Source: Candidatus Hydrogenedentota bacterium
Lineage (GTDB): Bacteria > Hydrogenedentota > Hydrogenedentia > Hydrogenedentales > SLHB01
Direction: 5' to 3'
NCBI GenBank assembly: GCA_963668025.2
Contig: CAXXTH010000010.1
Span: 128,001-192,000, forward strand
Length of the DNA stretch: 64,000 nucleotides
Position numbers and translations under genes: made by a program. Shown one piece after another: positions 51,252-60,063 of the stretch; within the stretch, counting starts at the first letter, position 1, and the number at the start of each line of letters is the position of its first letter. The notes beneath the pieces were generated by a model. That model was given only the letters and a program-made list of their open reading frames with translations. It made no database searches and was not told the origin of the DNA.

Positions 51252-51280
51252 TTGCCAAACTGCCGATCTTCAGGTACAAT
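51252..51280 (+). promoter_or_regulatory. sigma-70-type promoter of prepilin-like gene 2
   Basis: TTGCCA-N17-TACAAT. Confidence 0.65.
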
Positions 51281-51524
51281 CCAGATGGTTATCGGGTATG
51301 TCCTACTGCGAGGCGCAGTGGACTGGCCGCTGGGCGTTACGGCCAATGGAATCCATGTGCGTTCTTTCGTGAGTGGCGATGAGGTGTTCGCTTCGCATGG
51401 GAAGAAAGTCTAACGGAGGGATGGCATGTTCGATAGCCAAAAGCGCGGTGATGGCTTCTTGTAGTGAAGGGCATGCGCCGCGAGACGTCATAATCAAAAA
51501 CAACATAGAAAAGGAGAGAATGCA

Positions 51525-52637
51525 ATGCGGAGACGATGTGGGTTTACATTGATTGAGCTGCTTGTGGTAATCGCGATTATTGCCATTTTGGCAGCAATAT
51601 TACTTCCTGCGTTGGCGCGGGCCCGGGAAGCTGCCCGGCGGGCGAGCTGTTCTAGCAATCTGAAGCAATGGGGTATCATTTTCAAGATGTACTCCGGGGA
51701 AAACAATAGTAAATTCCCCGCCCAATGGAAATACACCCAAGGATTGGATGCCCAAGGCTTCCCTCTAGTCGCGGCGCTCGGTTTGGATTCGACTCAGCTC
51801 TACCCCGATTACTGGAATGATGTTTCCATCAAGATCTGTCCCTCCGATTCCCGCGCTGAAACCCGCACTTCGACGGACGCCACGCGCGAGGGCAAAGTGG
51901 AAGATGACATAGTGGCTCAAGTGCAGCGAATCTCCGGTCTTTCCACGGGTTATACCACTGAACGGACGGCCTGCCTGAACGCGATCATTGGCGCGCCTAA
52001 CTCCTACATCTACAGCCCTTGGGCCATCCAGACGGCGTCCCAGTTGGCTGAGGCGCTGATGGTGAATTACAAAGCCATCACTAGTGGAGGCGGCGTCGCG
52101 TTGGAGACCTTAGATGGCGTGGCGGGCAAAGTGGGTGACACCACATGCCCGGTTAACATGAAGGTGGTTTGGAATCAGAGTCTGAGCTACACGCCGGGTG
52201 CAAGCGACATTAGTTCAGGGGTTTTCACGGCGGCTGGCATCAACACCAACACCACGCTGTATGACGATGACGGCGTTTCGGCATTGCCTAAGTCCTATAT
52301 CCGGTTGAAGGAAGGCGTTGAGCGGTTCTTCATCACCGATATTAATAATCCTGCTTCAGGTTCTGTCGGCCAAAGCACGCTGCCCGTGATGTGGGATGCG
52401 TGGAGCGGAGCCCAAGTGGGCGGCGACGCCGCAAATCAAACGGGCGTCAGCTCCTTCAACCACGTCCCCGGCGGCAGCAACGTGCTGTACATGGACGGCC
52501 ACGTGGAGTTTGTCCGCTTGAATTCCAAATACCCGGTGCTGGAAAAGTTTGAAACCACTACCCCCTATGCGGTGCAAGACTATAGCGGCCGTCCGTTCTT
52601 CATGTACTGGGCGAGCCAGTGGGGCGGCTGGAATTGA
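51525..52637 (+). CDS. Prepilin-type N-terminal cleavage/methylation protein with DUF1559 and H-X9-DG domain (paralog)
   Basis: Same N-terminal motif; [18 protein letters not shown]; shared C-terminus [10 protein letters not shown]. Confidence 0.92.
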   Translation: MRRRCGFTLIELLVVIAIIAILAAILLPALARAREAARRASCSSNLKQWGIIFKMYSGENNSKFPAQWKYTQGLDAQGFPLVAALGLDSTQLYPDYWNDVSIKICPSDSRAETRTSTDATREGKVEDDIVAQVQRISGLSTGYTTERTACLNAIIGAPNSYIYSPWAIQTASQLAEALMVNYKAITSGGGVALETLDGVAGKVGDTTCPVNMKVVWNQSLSYTPGASDISSGVFTAAGINTNTTLYDDDGVSALPKSYIRLKEGVERFFITDINNPASGSVGQSTLPVMWDAWSGAQVGGDAANQTGVSSFNHVPGGSNVLYMDGHVEFVRLNSKYPVLEKFETTTPYAVQDYSGRPFFMYWASQWGGWN

Positions 52638-52709
52638 TCTCCAATACTCAGGCGTTACCTTAGGGTAACGCCTGTTACAGCATATATATCCTCCTCCTCC
52701 TCTCTCAAT

Positions 52710-52750
52710 GCCGGCCCGGAAACCCTCCCCCGGGCCGGCGCCCCTTTTTT
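52710..52750 (+). terminator. Intrinsic terminator
   Basis: gccggcccgg...ccgggccggc, then gcccc and T6. Confidence 0.65.
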
Positions 52751-52797
52751 AGGCGGCCTTTGCGTTCTTGGCGGCTTTGCGTGAATACAAATCAAAA

Positions 52798-52936
52798 TAA
52801 CACTTTACCCAAGTGGTGGAGAATGACCGACGAGGGCGTCGGTCTTTAGATGCAAAATAAGGTATCAATACCGGCGCAAGACAATAAACAAGGCTGCCAA
52901 ATATCAGATGCTTTTTCAGTCGGCTAAAGTGTTACA
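52798..52936 (+). mobile_element. MITE-family copy
   Basis: TAACACTTTACCC ... GATGCTTTTTCAGTCGGCTAAAGTGTTACA. The right end matches the 17404 element and the body matches the 48995 element. Confidence 0.65.
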
Positions 52937-53056
52937 AAAATTCTTGATACTATATCTCACGCGAAGCCGCGAAGGTTCAAAGCGCGGCATTCATATAAGC
53001 CCGCATGCTTTCCTCGCGCCGATCCGATATACTTCCGTTTAGAACAAGGAGGCGGC

Positions 53057-53452
53057 ATGGCGAAAGGCGATCATATCCAGGTGGGGCGCTTGGGGTATTC
53101 CCATCACGGCGTCGATTGTGGTGACGGAACGGTGATTCATTTTTCGGGTGACGATGGTGAGAAAAAACGCCCCTATGTGCGGCGCACTTCTCTTGACGAA
53201 TTCGCCCAAGGAGCGCATGTCCATGTGGCCCATCACGCCAAAGACCCGAAGGCGTCGGTTGCACGGGCGGAGCAATATCTTGACGCGGACAATTACAGCC
53301 TCATTTTCCACAATTGCGAGCACTTCGCCCGCTGGTGTGCGACGGGCCGCCATAAAAGCAGGCAGGTGCGCATCGCCATATCGGGCCTGGCGGTGGGCGT
53401 GACGGGCTTGCTCACGTGGCTCGTACTGCGCCGAGGTTCGAGGACGGGCTAA
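53057..53452 (+). CDS. LRAT/NC-domain (permuted NlpC/P60) protein with C-terminal hydrophobic helix
   Basis: YSHHGVDCGDGTVIHF and YSLIFHNCEHFARWC; AAGGAGG SD. Confidence 0.85.
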   Translation: MAKGDHIQVGRLGYSHHGVDCGDGTVIHFSGDDGEKKRPYVRRTSLDEFAQGAHVHVAHHAKDPKASVARAEQYLDADNYSLIFHNCEHFARWCATGRHKSRQVRIAISGLAVGVTGLLTWLVLRRGSRTG

Positions 53453-53676
53453 ACCTCCTTCCCGGGCTCTTCCTCTTCGGCATCCGGGTAATCCAGCCCA
53501 TGTTCGTATTCCTCAATAGATACGTTCCCAATGACTTTCACGGGAAGGCGGGTGCCCATGTCGCGGAAAAACACGCCCGTACCCTCGGGGATCACTTCAG
53601 GCTCTTCCATGGTTTTCCATTTCTTGCCTGGCCGTCCTTCCGACCAAATGGTAACGACATAATACCGTTGCATCAT
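53449..53676 (-). CDS. Small acidic hypothetical protein
   Basis: GAGGTG SD; MMQRYYVVTIWSEG..KVIGNVSIEEY; no family recognised. Confidence 0.6.
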   Translation of the reverse strand: MMQRYYVVTIWSEGRPGKKWKTMEEPEVIPEGTGVFFRDMGTRLPVKVIGNVSIEEYEHGLDYPDAEEEEPGKEV

Positions 53677-53827
53677 GCACCTCATCGAGTAGTATATCCG
53701 GCACAGCCATCTTAACCAGGCGGGCAGGCATACACAAGAATAGGCGCTGTTTTTCTGCTTGACATACTCCCCGTCTGCGGAAACAATATGGCAAGCATTT
53801 GGCTTGGGGTCAGGAGTAGCCAGGCGT

Positions 53828-54322
53828 ATGTCACTTCACCAGAAACGGCGGTTCAATCCTTTCGGCTTGCCCGAATTTATAGGACTCGTCATGTTAGCTG
53901 CGGTGGTTTTCTGTGGGATGGAATGGATCCATGCATCCCCCACCTTTAGATGGCAGGAAACCATGGGGCGGATCACGAGTTGTGATATCAAATCCATCCA
54001 TTACAACGCGGAACCTAACCGGAATAAGGTTACGATTTCTTTTACTTACCATGTGAATGAAATCCCATTCCAAGGCTCTTGGTCCGGCATGTGGCCGGTG
54101 GCGGATAGTCCTAATGCACTGGGCGATGAAGAGATCACGCGGCTGAAGGACAAAGGGTATTTGCTTCGGGTGTATTATGACGCCCGGAATCCCGAGATTC
54201 ATCGTATCCATGACTTGGTGGATACAAAGAGATATGTGTTTTCCATTCTTTCCGTTTTAGGCTCATTAGCCTTGATATACTATTTGGTAAAAATCTATCC
54301 TGCCTGGAAGGGAGTCCATTGA
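53828..54322 (+). CDS. Membrane protein, DUF3592-like
   Basis: TM helix, W..T.G.I, FTYHV, VYYD..NP, TM helix. Confidence 0.65.
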   Translation: MSLHQKRRFNPFGLPEFIGLVMLAAVVFCGMEWIHASPTFRWQETMGRITSCDIKSIHYNAEPNRNKVTISFTYHVNEIPFQGSWSGMWPVADSPNALGDEEITRLKDKGYLLRVYYDARNPEIHRIHDLVDTKRYVFSILSVLGSLALIYYLVKIYPAWKGVH

Positions 54323-54644
54323 GGGAGAGGATCTGCATACTGGACGCGCCACCCTTTGCCCGCTCCCTGCATTCTGATACCCCATGCAGGAATCTAGCGC
54401 CGCTTCTAGTGGTTTATCTCTTCCGATATTAATAATTGCCTGGCGTTCTGGAAATATTGTATAGGCTAGGCGAAACGGCTGCATCTTCAAATTATGATGA
54501 AATGAACCACTACACGGTAATCTCCCCCAAAAGTGTGTCCTAAAAGAACACGCTTACATTACCGACATGATTCGGCATGTACAAAAATGAAATGAACCAG
54601 TAGGTTGAACGGCGAGGATGTTCCTGCCTTATGTCAAAAGAGGT

Positions 54645-55262
54645 TCAAAGCAAGGCGTCCACACACCGGTTCACCTCTTCCGCGACTTCGCTGATGGGGC
54701 GCTGGCCGTTGATGATTTTGACCCGTTCGGGCTCGCGTGCGGCGATGGCGAGGAAGCCGCGTCGAACGGCTTCATGGAAAGCGAGAGGCTCTTGCTCCAT
54801 GCGGTCTTGCGCGCGCACGCGGGCGGCGCGTTGCAGGCCTTCTCCGGCGGGCACATCGATGACAAGGGTCAAATCGGGCCAGATGCCTTGCGTGGCGATG
54901 CGGTGGAGGCGTTCGAGCATCTGAGGCTCGAGGTCGCGGCCTGCGCCTTGGTAGGCGGTGGTGGAATCCGTGAACCGGTCGCACAAGACGATCTTCCCGG
55001 CGTCAAGGGCGGGCAGGATGCGTTTCTCCACATGCTGGGCGCGAGCGGCTTCATACAAGAGCAGCTCCGCCGTGGCGCTCATACTGGCGTATGCCGGATC
55101 AAGCAAAAGGGAGCGAATAGCCTCCGAGAGCGGCGTGCCGCCGGGTTCGCGCGTCAGGATGACCGGACGGCTCATGCCTTCGAGGCGTGTCTTCAGGAGC
55201 TGGGCTTGGGTCGATTTTCCACAGCCCTCGACGCCCTCGAATGTGATGAACACCCCGTTCAT
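54645..55262 (-). CDS. tmk: Thymidylate kinase
   Basis: FITFEGVEGCGKSTQ, TREPGG, LCDRF..STTAYQG. Confidence 0.96.
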   Translation of the reverse strand: MNGVFITFEGVEGCGKSTQAQLLKTRLEGMSRPVILTREPGGTPLSEAIRSLLLDPAYASMSATAELLLYEAARAQHVEKRILPALDAGKIVLCDRFTDSTTAYQGAGRDLEPQMLERLHRIATQGIWPDLTLVIDVPAGEGLQRAARVRAQDRMEQEPLAFHEAVRRGFLAIAAREPERVKIINGQRPISEVAEEVNRCVDALL

Positions 55263-56116
55263 TCGTCTAGCGCCTTTCGCCGGGCTTCACAGCCTGCCTC
55301 AAGAAAGGCTTCCAGGCCCGGCCCGTCGCCTGATTCGAGCAGGCCGCGCAGCGCATCGAGCCGCCCGCGCAGCGCATCGAGTCCATCCAGGATGGCTTTG
55401 CGGTTGGTGAGGCAGATATCGCGCCAGATCTCGGGGCGTCCGGCGGCGATGCGGGTGGTGTCGCGGAATCCGCCGCCCACCACGGCGCGCACATCGCCTT
55501 CCTCCGCGGCCAATAACGCGAGACAAGCAGCCGTGACATGGGGAATGTGGCTGGTCCGGGCAAGAAGGGTGTCGTGCCGCTGAGGCTCGAGCTCGATGAT
55601 GCGGGCCCCCACGGCGCGCCATAAGGCGCACACGGCGGCGTGGGCGTCCGGGGCATGCCCTGCTTCCGGCTCAATAATCGCCACACTGCCTTCATACAAA
55701 CTGGCGTAGGCATGTTCAGGCCCAAATTTCTCCGAGCCCGCCATAGGGTGGCTGCCGATGAAGCGGAGTGGGCTGGGCCATGTCGCGGCGGCATGGGCGC
55801 AGATAGCGCCCTTCGTGCTGGCTACATCGGTAACAACAGCGTCCGGTCCGCATGCGGGGCGTATGGCGTCGAGCAAGGCGGGAATAGTGTTCGCCGCCGT
55901 GCAGAGAACCACCAGTTCGGCGTTGCGGCAGGCCTCCACGGGGTCGAGATAGGATTCATCAATAGCGCCCATGGCCCGCGCGGTATCGAGCGAAGTAGCG
56001 CGGCGGCCAACCCCGCGCACATACCGGGCGAGGCGGCGTTCTTTTAAGGCAAGGCCAAGCGAACCGCCCAGCAGCCCCACGCCGATAATCACGGCGGTGT
56101 CGAATGGCAGTTTCAC
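55259..56116 (-). CDS. tyrA: Prephenate/arogenate dehydrogenase
   Basis: [37 protein letters not shown]. Confidence 0.92.
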   Translation of the reverse strand: MKLPFDTAVIIGVGLLGGSLGLALKERRLARYVRGVGRRATSLDTARAMGAIDESYLDPVEACRNAELVVLCTAANTIPALLDAIRPACGPDAVVTDVASTKGAICAHAAATWPSPLRFIGSHPMAGSEKFGPEHAYASLYEGSVAIIEPEAGHAPDAHAAVCALWRAVGARIIELEPQRHDTLLARTSHIPHVTAACLALLAAEEGDVRAVVGGGFRDTTRIAAGRPEIWRDICLTNRKAILDGLDALRGRLDALRGLLESGDGPGLEAFLEAGCEARRKALDE

Positions 56117-56841
56117 GCCCCCGCCCCGGCGGCGGCGATAGCTTGTTCGAGGGTAAAAACGCCCAGGTATAAGGCGCGGCCAATAATGACTTCATCGACG
56201 CCCGAGCGTTCGATGGCGCACACCCGGCGCACATCCTCAAGAGAAGACATGCCGCCGCTGGCGGTCACGGGTATGCCCACCGCTTCCGCCAACGCTTGCG
56301 TCATCTCGATATTCGGGCCTTTCATCATGCCGTCGCTCAAAATATCGGTATAGATGATGCGCGAAGCGCCTGCATCCTGCATGGCGCGGGCAAAATCGAT
56401 GGCGTCCATATCGGTGATTTCCCGCCAGCCGCTCAGCGCCACTTTGCCCGCTTTCGCGTCAATGCCCACGGCAATGTGGCCCGGATAGGCCTCGGCGGCG
56501 CGGCGCACCAGCGCGGGCTCCCGGTAGGCGGCGGTGCCCAAAATCGCACGGCTGGCCCCCGTGGCGAGCACTTCAGCCACGGTTTCGAAAGAACGAAGGC
56601 CGCCGCCCACCTCGAAAGGCACATGGGCGGCGGCGATTGCACGCAATTCTTCAGCTACGCACAGGCGTCCTTCCAGAGCGCCATCGAGATCCACGATATG
56701 GATCAATGCACCGCCCTGTTCATGCCAGCGTAGCGCCTGGACTGTGGGGTCTTCCGCAAAGACCGTTTCCTGGGCGTAATCACCCTGGACCAGATTCACG
56801 CATCGTCCTGCGCGAATATCCACGGCGGGCACAATGCGCAT
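56113..56841 (-). CDS. hisA: ProFAR isomerase
   Basis: [45 protein letters not shown]. Confidence 0.95.
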   Translation of the reverse strand: MRIVPAVDIRAGRCVNLVQGDYAQETVFAEDPTVQALRWHEQGGALIHIVDLDGALEGRLCVAEELRAIAAAHVPFEVGGGLRSFETVAEVLATGASRAILGTAAYREPALVRRAAEAYPGHIAVGIDAKAGKVALSGWREITDMDAIDFARAMQDAGASRIIYTDILSDGMMKGPNIEMTQALAEAVGIPVTASGGMSSLEDVRRVCAIERSGVDEVIIGRALYLGVFTLEQAIAAAGAGA

Positions 56842-56843
56842 GA

Positions 56844-57207
56844 CTAGGAAGCGGCCTGATGTGCGCGCACCAACTCGACGATTTGATTGAAATCGCTCGG
56901 TGTCGGTGGCGGCGATGTCGGCCAGGATTTTCCGGTTCAGATCGATCTGGGCCAGTTTAAGCCCTTGAATGAACTGGCTATACGTCATGCCGCAGGCGCG
57001 TGAAGCGGCGTTAATGCGCGCGATCCACAGCTTGCGAAATTCACGTTTGCGCACCTTGCGGTCGCGGTAAGCATATACGCCGGAATGATCCACCGCTTGT
57101 TTAGCGGTTTTCAACAGGCGATGCTTGCTGCCGCGATAGCCCGAAGCTAGTTTTAAAACCTTATTGCGCCGACGGCGCGATGCGGGGGCGCTGGTTGCAC
57201 GAGGCAT
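56844..57207 (-). CDS. rplT: 50S ribosomal protein L20, with an apparent 1-nt insertion near 56901
   Basis: [35 protein letters not shown]. Removing one base restores the ending [19 protein letters not shown] and a stop at 56844-56846. Confidence 0.9.
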
Positions 57208-57277
57208 GGTTTGAACTCCTCAATTTCATCCGCCCTATGGGCGGGTTATTGCTGCACGAACGGGAAACAGTCTCCCG

Positions 57278-57475
57278 TCACCCATAGGGAAGCATCTGCT
57301 TAACCCGGCCCACATCCGAGGGGTCCAGCATGGTGGCGGTGCGGAGCCTGCGGCGGCGCTTGGCTGGCTTGTGGGTAAGAAGATGCCGCCCGCCGGCCAG
57401 ATGGCGCTTGAATCCCCCGTTTTTCGTGCTCTTAAAGCGCTTGGCCGCGGAACGCCGCGTCTTCATCTTCGGCAT
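57278..57475 (-). CDS. rpmI: 50S ribosomal protein L35
   Basis: [29 protein letters not shown]. Confidence 0.96.
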   Translation of the reverse strand: MPKMKTRRSAAKRFKSTKNGGFKRHLAGGRHLLTHKPAKRRRRLRTATMLDPSDVGRVKQMLPYG

Positions 57476-57638
57476 AATGAATCCTCCATCGGTTGTCGTC
57501 ACGGCGCCGCGCAGAGACAAAAAACTCTCCCGACGCCGTTTGTTTGCGGTTTTTTGGTGTAGAACCGCGTGGAATCGTCAGTGGACATATCCATGCGCCA
57601 AGCTCATTTAACACATGGCTTGGCGCGCGAAAAGGGCA

Positions 57639-58211
57639 TCAACTCGAATCGGCGGCAGCAGCAGCGCTTACCTTGGCGGTGATTTTGGCCGACGGAGACA
57701 ACATGATACTCATGAAACGCCCGATCAGCGGAATGCGGGAGGTTTCCACCTCTTCACTGCACAAATCCTTTGTGCTTTCCACCACCCGGGTCAAGATCTC
57801 CCGGCCAAATTCCGGGTGGGCCATTTCGCGGCCGCGAAACTTCACGACCACTTTCACTTTATTGCCCTCGCCCAGAAACTCGCGCACATGTTTCGTTTTG
57901 TATTCGAAGTCGTGGGTATCGATCTTCCGGCTATATTGCACTTCCTTGACCGTTACCGTGTGCTGGTGCTTTTTGGACTCCTTGGCGCGCTTGCTTTGCT
58001 GATAGCGATATTTGCCATAGTCCATGATGCGGCACACGGGGGGCGTCGCGTTCGGCGCCACCTCGACTAGATCCAAACCCCGCTCCTGCGCTTCGCGCAT
58101 GGCGTCGAAGGGGCTCAAAATACCGAGCTGATTCCCTTCCTCGTCAATGACGCGCACCTGCCTGGCGCGAATCCGTTCATTGACTCGCACGCGTTGATCT
58201 ACCTTTGAGAT
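57639..58211 (-). CDS. infC: Translation initiation factor IF-3, probable non-canonical ATC start
   Basis: RVNERI..DLVEVAPNATPPVCRIMDYGKY..FRGRE. An in-frame ATC at 58211 lies 8 nt after GAGGAGG. Confidence 0.93.
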   Translation of the reverse strand: MSKVDQRVRVNERIRARQVRVIDEEGNQLGILSPFDAMREAQERGLDLVEVAPNATPPVCRIMDYGKYRYQQSKRAKESKKHQHTVTVKEVQYSRKIDTHDFEYKTKHVREFLGEGNKVKVVVKFRGREMAHPEFGREILTRVVESTKDLCSEEVETSRIPLIGRFMSIMLSPSAKITAKVSAAAAADSS

Positions 58212-58281
58212 ATGTAGTCCCTCCTCTCGCCAGACGCCGCCACGCCCGCAATCTGGCAGTGGTTAGGCAGCATCCTTCTCC

Positions 58282-58438
58282 AAAAAAAAGAAACGCGGCG
58301 GAGCACACCCGTCCTCCGCCGCGAAAATAACATACGGCCCAAGCGCTCATATCGAGCGCGCTAACCTTGCTCACAGATGCCGCGTTTCTTAAGAAACACG
58401 TTCGCCGCAAGGTGAGGAGCGGGAACTCCTGCTTATTT
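58282..58438 (-). promoter_or_regulatory. Ribosomal protein L20 leader with intrinsic terminator
   Basis: The minus strand reads AAUAAGCAGGAGUUCCCGCUCCUCACCUUGC...GCAAGGU, then CGCGGCGGAG..CUCCGCCGCG and a U-rich tract. It resembles the Firmicute L20 leader and lies upstream of infC-rpmI-rplT. Confidence 0.7.
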
Positions 58439-58470
58439 GGCGCGTATTATTCCTACAGCGCCACGTGCAA

Positions 58471-58499
58471 AATATACCATAATCCCGGAACGGTGTCAA
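58471..58499 (-). promoter_or_regulatory. sigma-70 promoter of the infC operon
   Basis: TTGACA-N17-TATATT with extended -10 TG. Confidence 0.75.
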
Positions 58500-58542
58500 A
58501 CATGGCATGTCCAACATGGCATGTCCTAATGTGCGGCATATC

Positions 58543-59661
58543 CTAATGGTGCGAGAAGCAGCGTTCGCCCGTAAAAACCATGGCGGTATTGGTCTCGTTG
58601 CACGCTTCAATGACCTCGTAATCGCTCACGCTGCCGCCAGGCTGGCAAATAGCCGAAATACCCGCCGAGGTGGCGGCGTCCACGGCGTCGCGGAACGGGA
58701 AGAAACCGTCCGACGCCATGACGGCCCCATCGAGGCTTTCTTCGCCTTTGTACTTCTGTTTGGCTTTGTGGATCGCTTGCTGCACGGCCCCCACGCGGTC
58801 CTGTTCACCCGTGCCCACGGCAAGGGTCTGGCCGTTGCGGGCAATAACAACGCCGTTGGACCGGACGTGGATGTTGACGTACCACGCGAAGAGGAGATCA
58901 TCCAGTTCACGGGCGTCCGGCTTGCGGGCGATCTCGATGCGGCCCTTCGTCTTGTGCTCGTTATAAGCGGGCATCAAATCTTCCGGCCCTTTGACGCGGG
59001 ATAAATACGGCGTGGCCAGGACGATGCTGCCATCATCGAAAACCTTCATTTCATACACATCCGTGCCATCTTCCACAAATTTCGGCAAGCGCGCAAAACC
59101 GGGCAGTTGAATCACCCGGATTTCTTTGTTGCGTTTGAACCGTTCGGCGTTGTTCAGCGTTTCGAGCGCCTCTGGCGTGTACCCAGGCGCGGCGACGCCC
59201 TCGACGATGGTCTGCATGATCGCCTCGGCGGTGTCCTCGTCCACTTCCGTGTTGAACGCCACCACGCTGCCGAAAGCCGCCTGTGCGTCGGCGTCGCGGG
59301 CGCGTTCATAAATCCGCGCCAGCGGCATATCGCCCACTTGGATGGCCACGCCGGAAGGATTGCAGTGTTTCATGACGGCGCAAGCGGGACGCTGCATAAA
59401 CTTGAGGATGCCCACGGCGTGGTGCATGTCCTCGATATTGGTTTGGGAAAGGCCGCTCTTGCCCGTTTTCAGGAGTTGATACGCGCCAAGCACTAGATTT
59501 TTCCCGTCCGCAGGGCGGTAAAACGCGGCAGGCTGGTGGGGATTCGTGCCGTACCGTAGGTTTTCCGCCTTGGCATACGCCCGGCCCATGACCTCGATGG
59601 TTTCTGGAAAGTTTCCTTCGGTCCGGCTGCGGTACATCTGTTTCAAATCCCGTTCCGTCAT
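58543..59661 (-). CDS. purH: PurH-like AICAR transformylase lacking the N-terminal IMP cyclohydrolase domain
   Basis: LRYGTNPHQ, MKHCNPSG, AFGSVVA, SNG, ASDGFFPF, QPGGSV, RCFSH; no GRVKT motif; AGGAG SD. Confidence 0.8.
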   Translation of the reverse strand: MTERDLKQMYRSRTEGNFPETIEVMGRAYAKAENLRYGTNPHQPAAFYRPADGKNLVLGAYQLLKTGKSGLSQTNIEDMHHAVGILKFMQRPACAVMKHCNPSGVAIQVGDMPLARIYERARDADAQAAFGSVVAFNTEVDEDTAEAIMQTIVEGVAAPGYTPEALETLNNAERFKRNKEIRVIQLPGFARLPKFVEDGTDVYEMKVFDDGSIVLATPYLSRVKGPEDLMPAYNEHKTKGRIEIARKPDARELDDLLFAWYVNIHVRSNGVVIARNGQTLAVGTGEQDRVGAVQQAIHKAKQKYKGEESLDGAVMASDGFFPFRDAVDAATSAGISAICQPGGSVSDYEVIEACNETNTAMVFTGERCFSHH

Positions 59662-59727
59662 GTTTATGCTCCTCCGATGCAGGTTGTTCCCCGAAAACAC
59701 AACACGCCTGGACGCATGTGTTTCCGC

Positions 59728-59806
59728 GCCCAGGCGATCGGCAATTTTCCCTGTGGCCCGCCGCTTCCCCGTGGTTGATTCCACGCAGTGCTCGCCAGTC
59801 GCGGCG
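59728..59806 (-). promoter_or_regulatory. ZMP/ZTP (pfl) riboswitch
   Basis: The minus strand reads GCCGCGACUGGCG..GUGG..ACCACGGGGAAGCGGC..GCCGAUCGCCUGGGC, followed by a competing hairpin (CGCCUGGGCGC/GCGUCCAGGCG); it lies upstream of purH. Confidence 0.9.
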
Positions 59807-60063
59807 TTCCATACGAATTTGGAAACCATATCATCACGAATCCAGCAGCGTCAAATCCCCGCGCAGGTGTGTGCGTGTTAGATTCAGATAGTAATACGTT
59901 TGCTCAGCTCATTTCATACTGGTAATAAAAAGAAAAATACGTTATATTTGATTTATAAGAAATGGAATCAGTAGTAGAAAACGTTGTATATAAGAAAGCG
60001 TTTTTCTGGATTCTGAACCAAAGGGAAAATAGCTCCTAAGGGGGCTCCAAAAAGGAGCTGGCT

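Noticed and set aside
49777-52637. Paralog pair as a diversity-generating retroelement TR/VR
   Set aside because: Differences are not adenine-specific, both copies are full genes, and no reverse transcriptase is present.
55343-55381. 21-bp-period duplication inside tyrA (LDALRG twice)
   Set aside because: An in-frame helical repeat in a variable C-terminal region; no sign of an element.
56113-57207. Genuine evolved L20-HisA fusion protein
   Set aside because: The normal L20 C-terminus and stop codon sit intact in the adjacent frame, which points to a single-base insertion.
59880-60030. AT-rich patches (also 49330-49620 and 51040-51250) as horizontally acquired islands
   Set aside because: Short, non-coding and directly upstream of genes; better explained as promoter regions.
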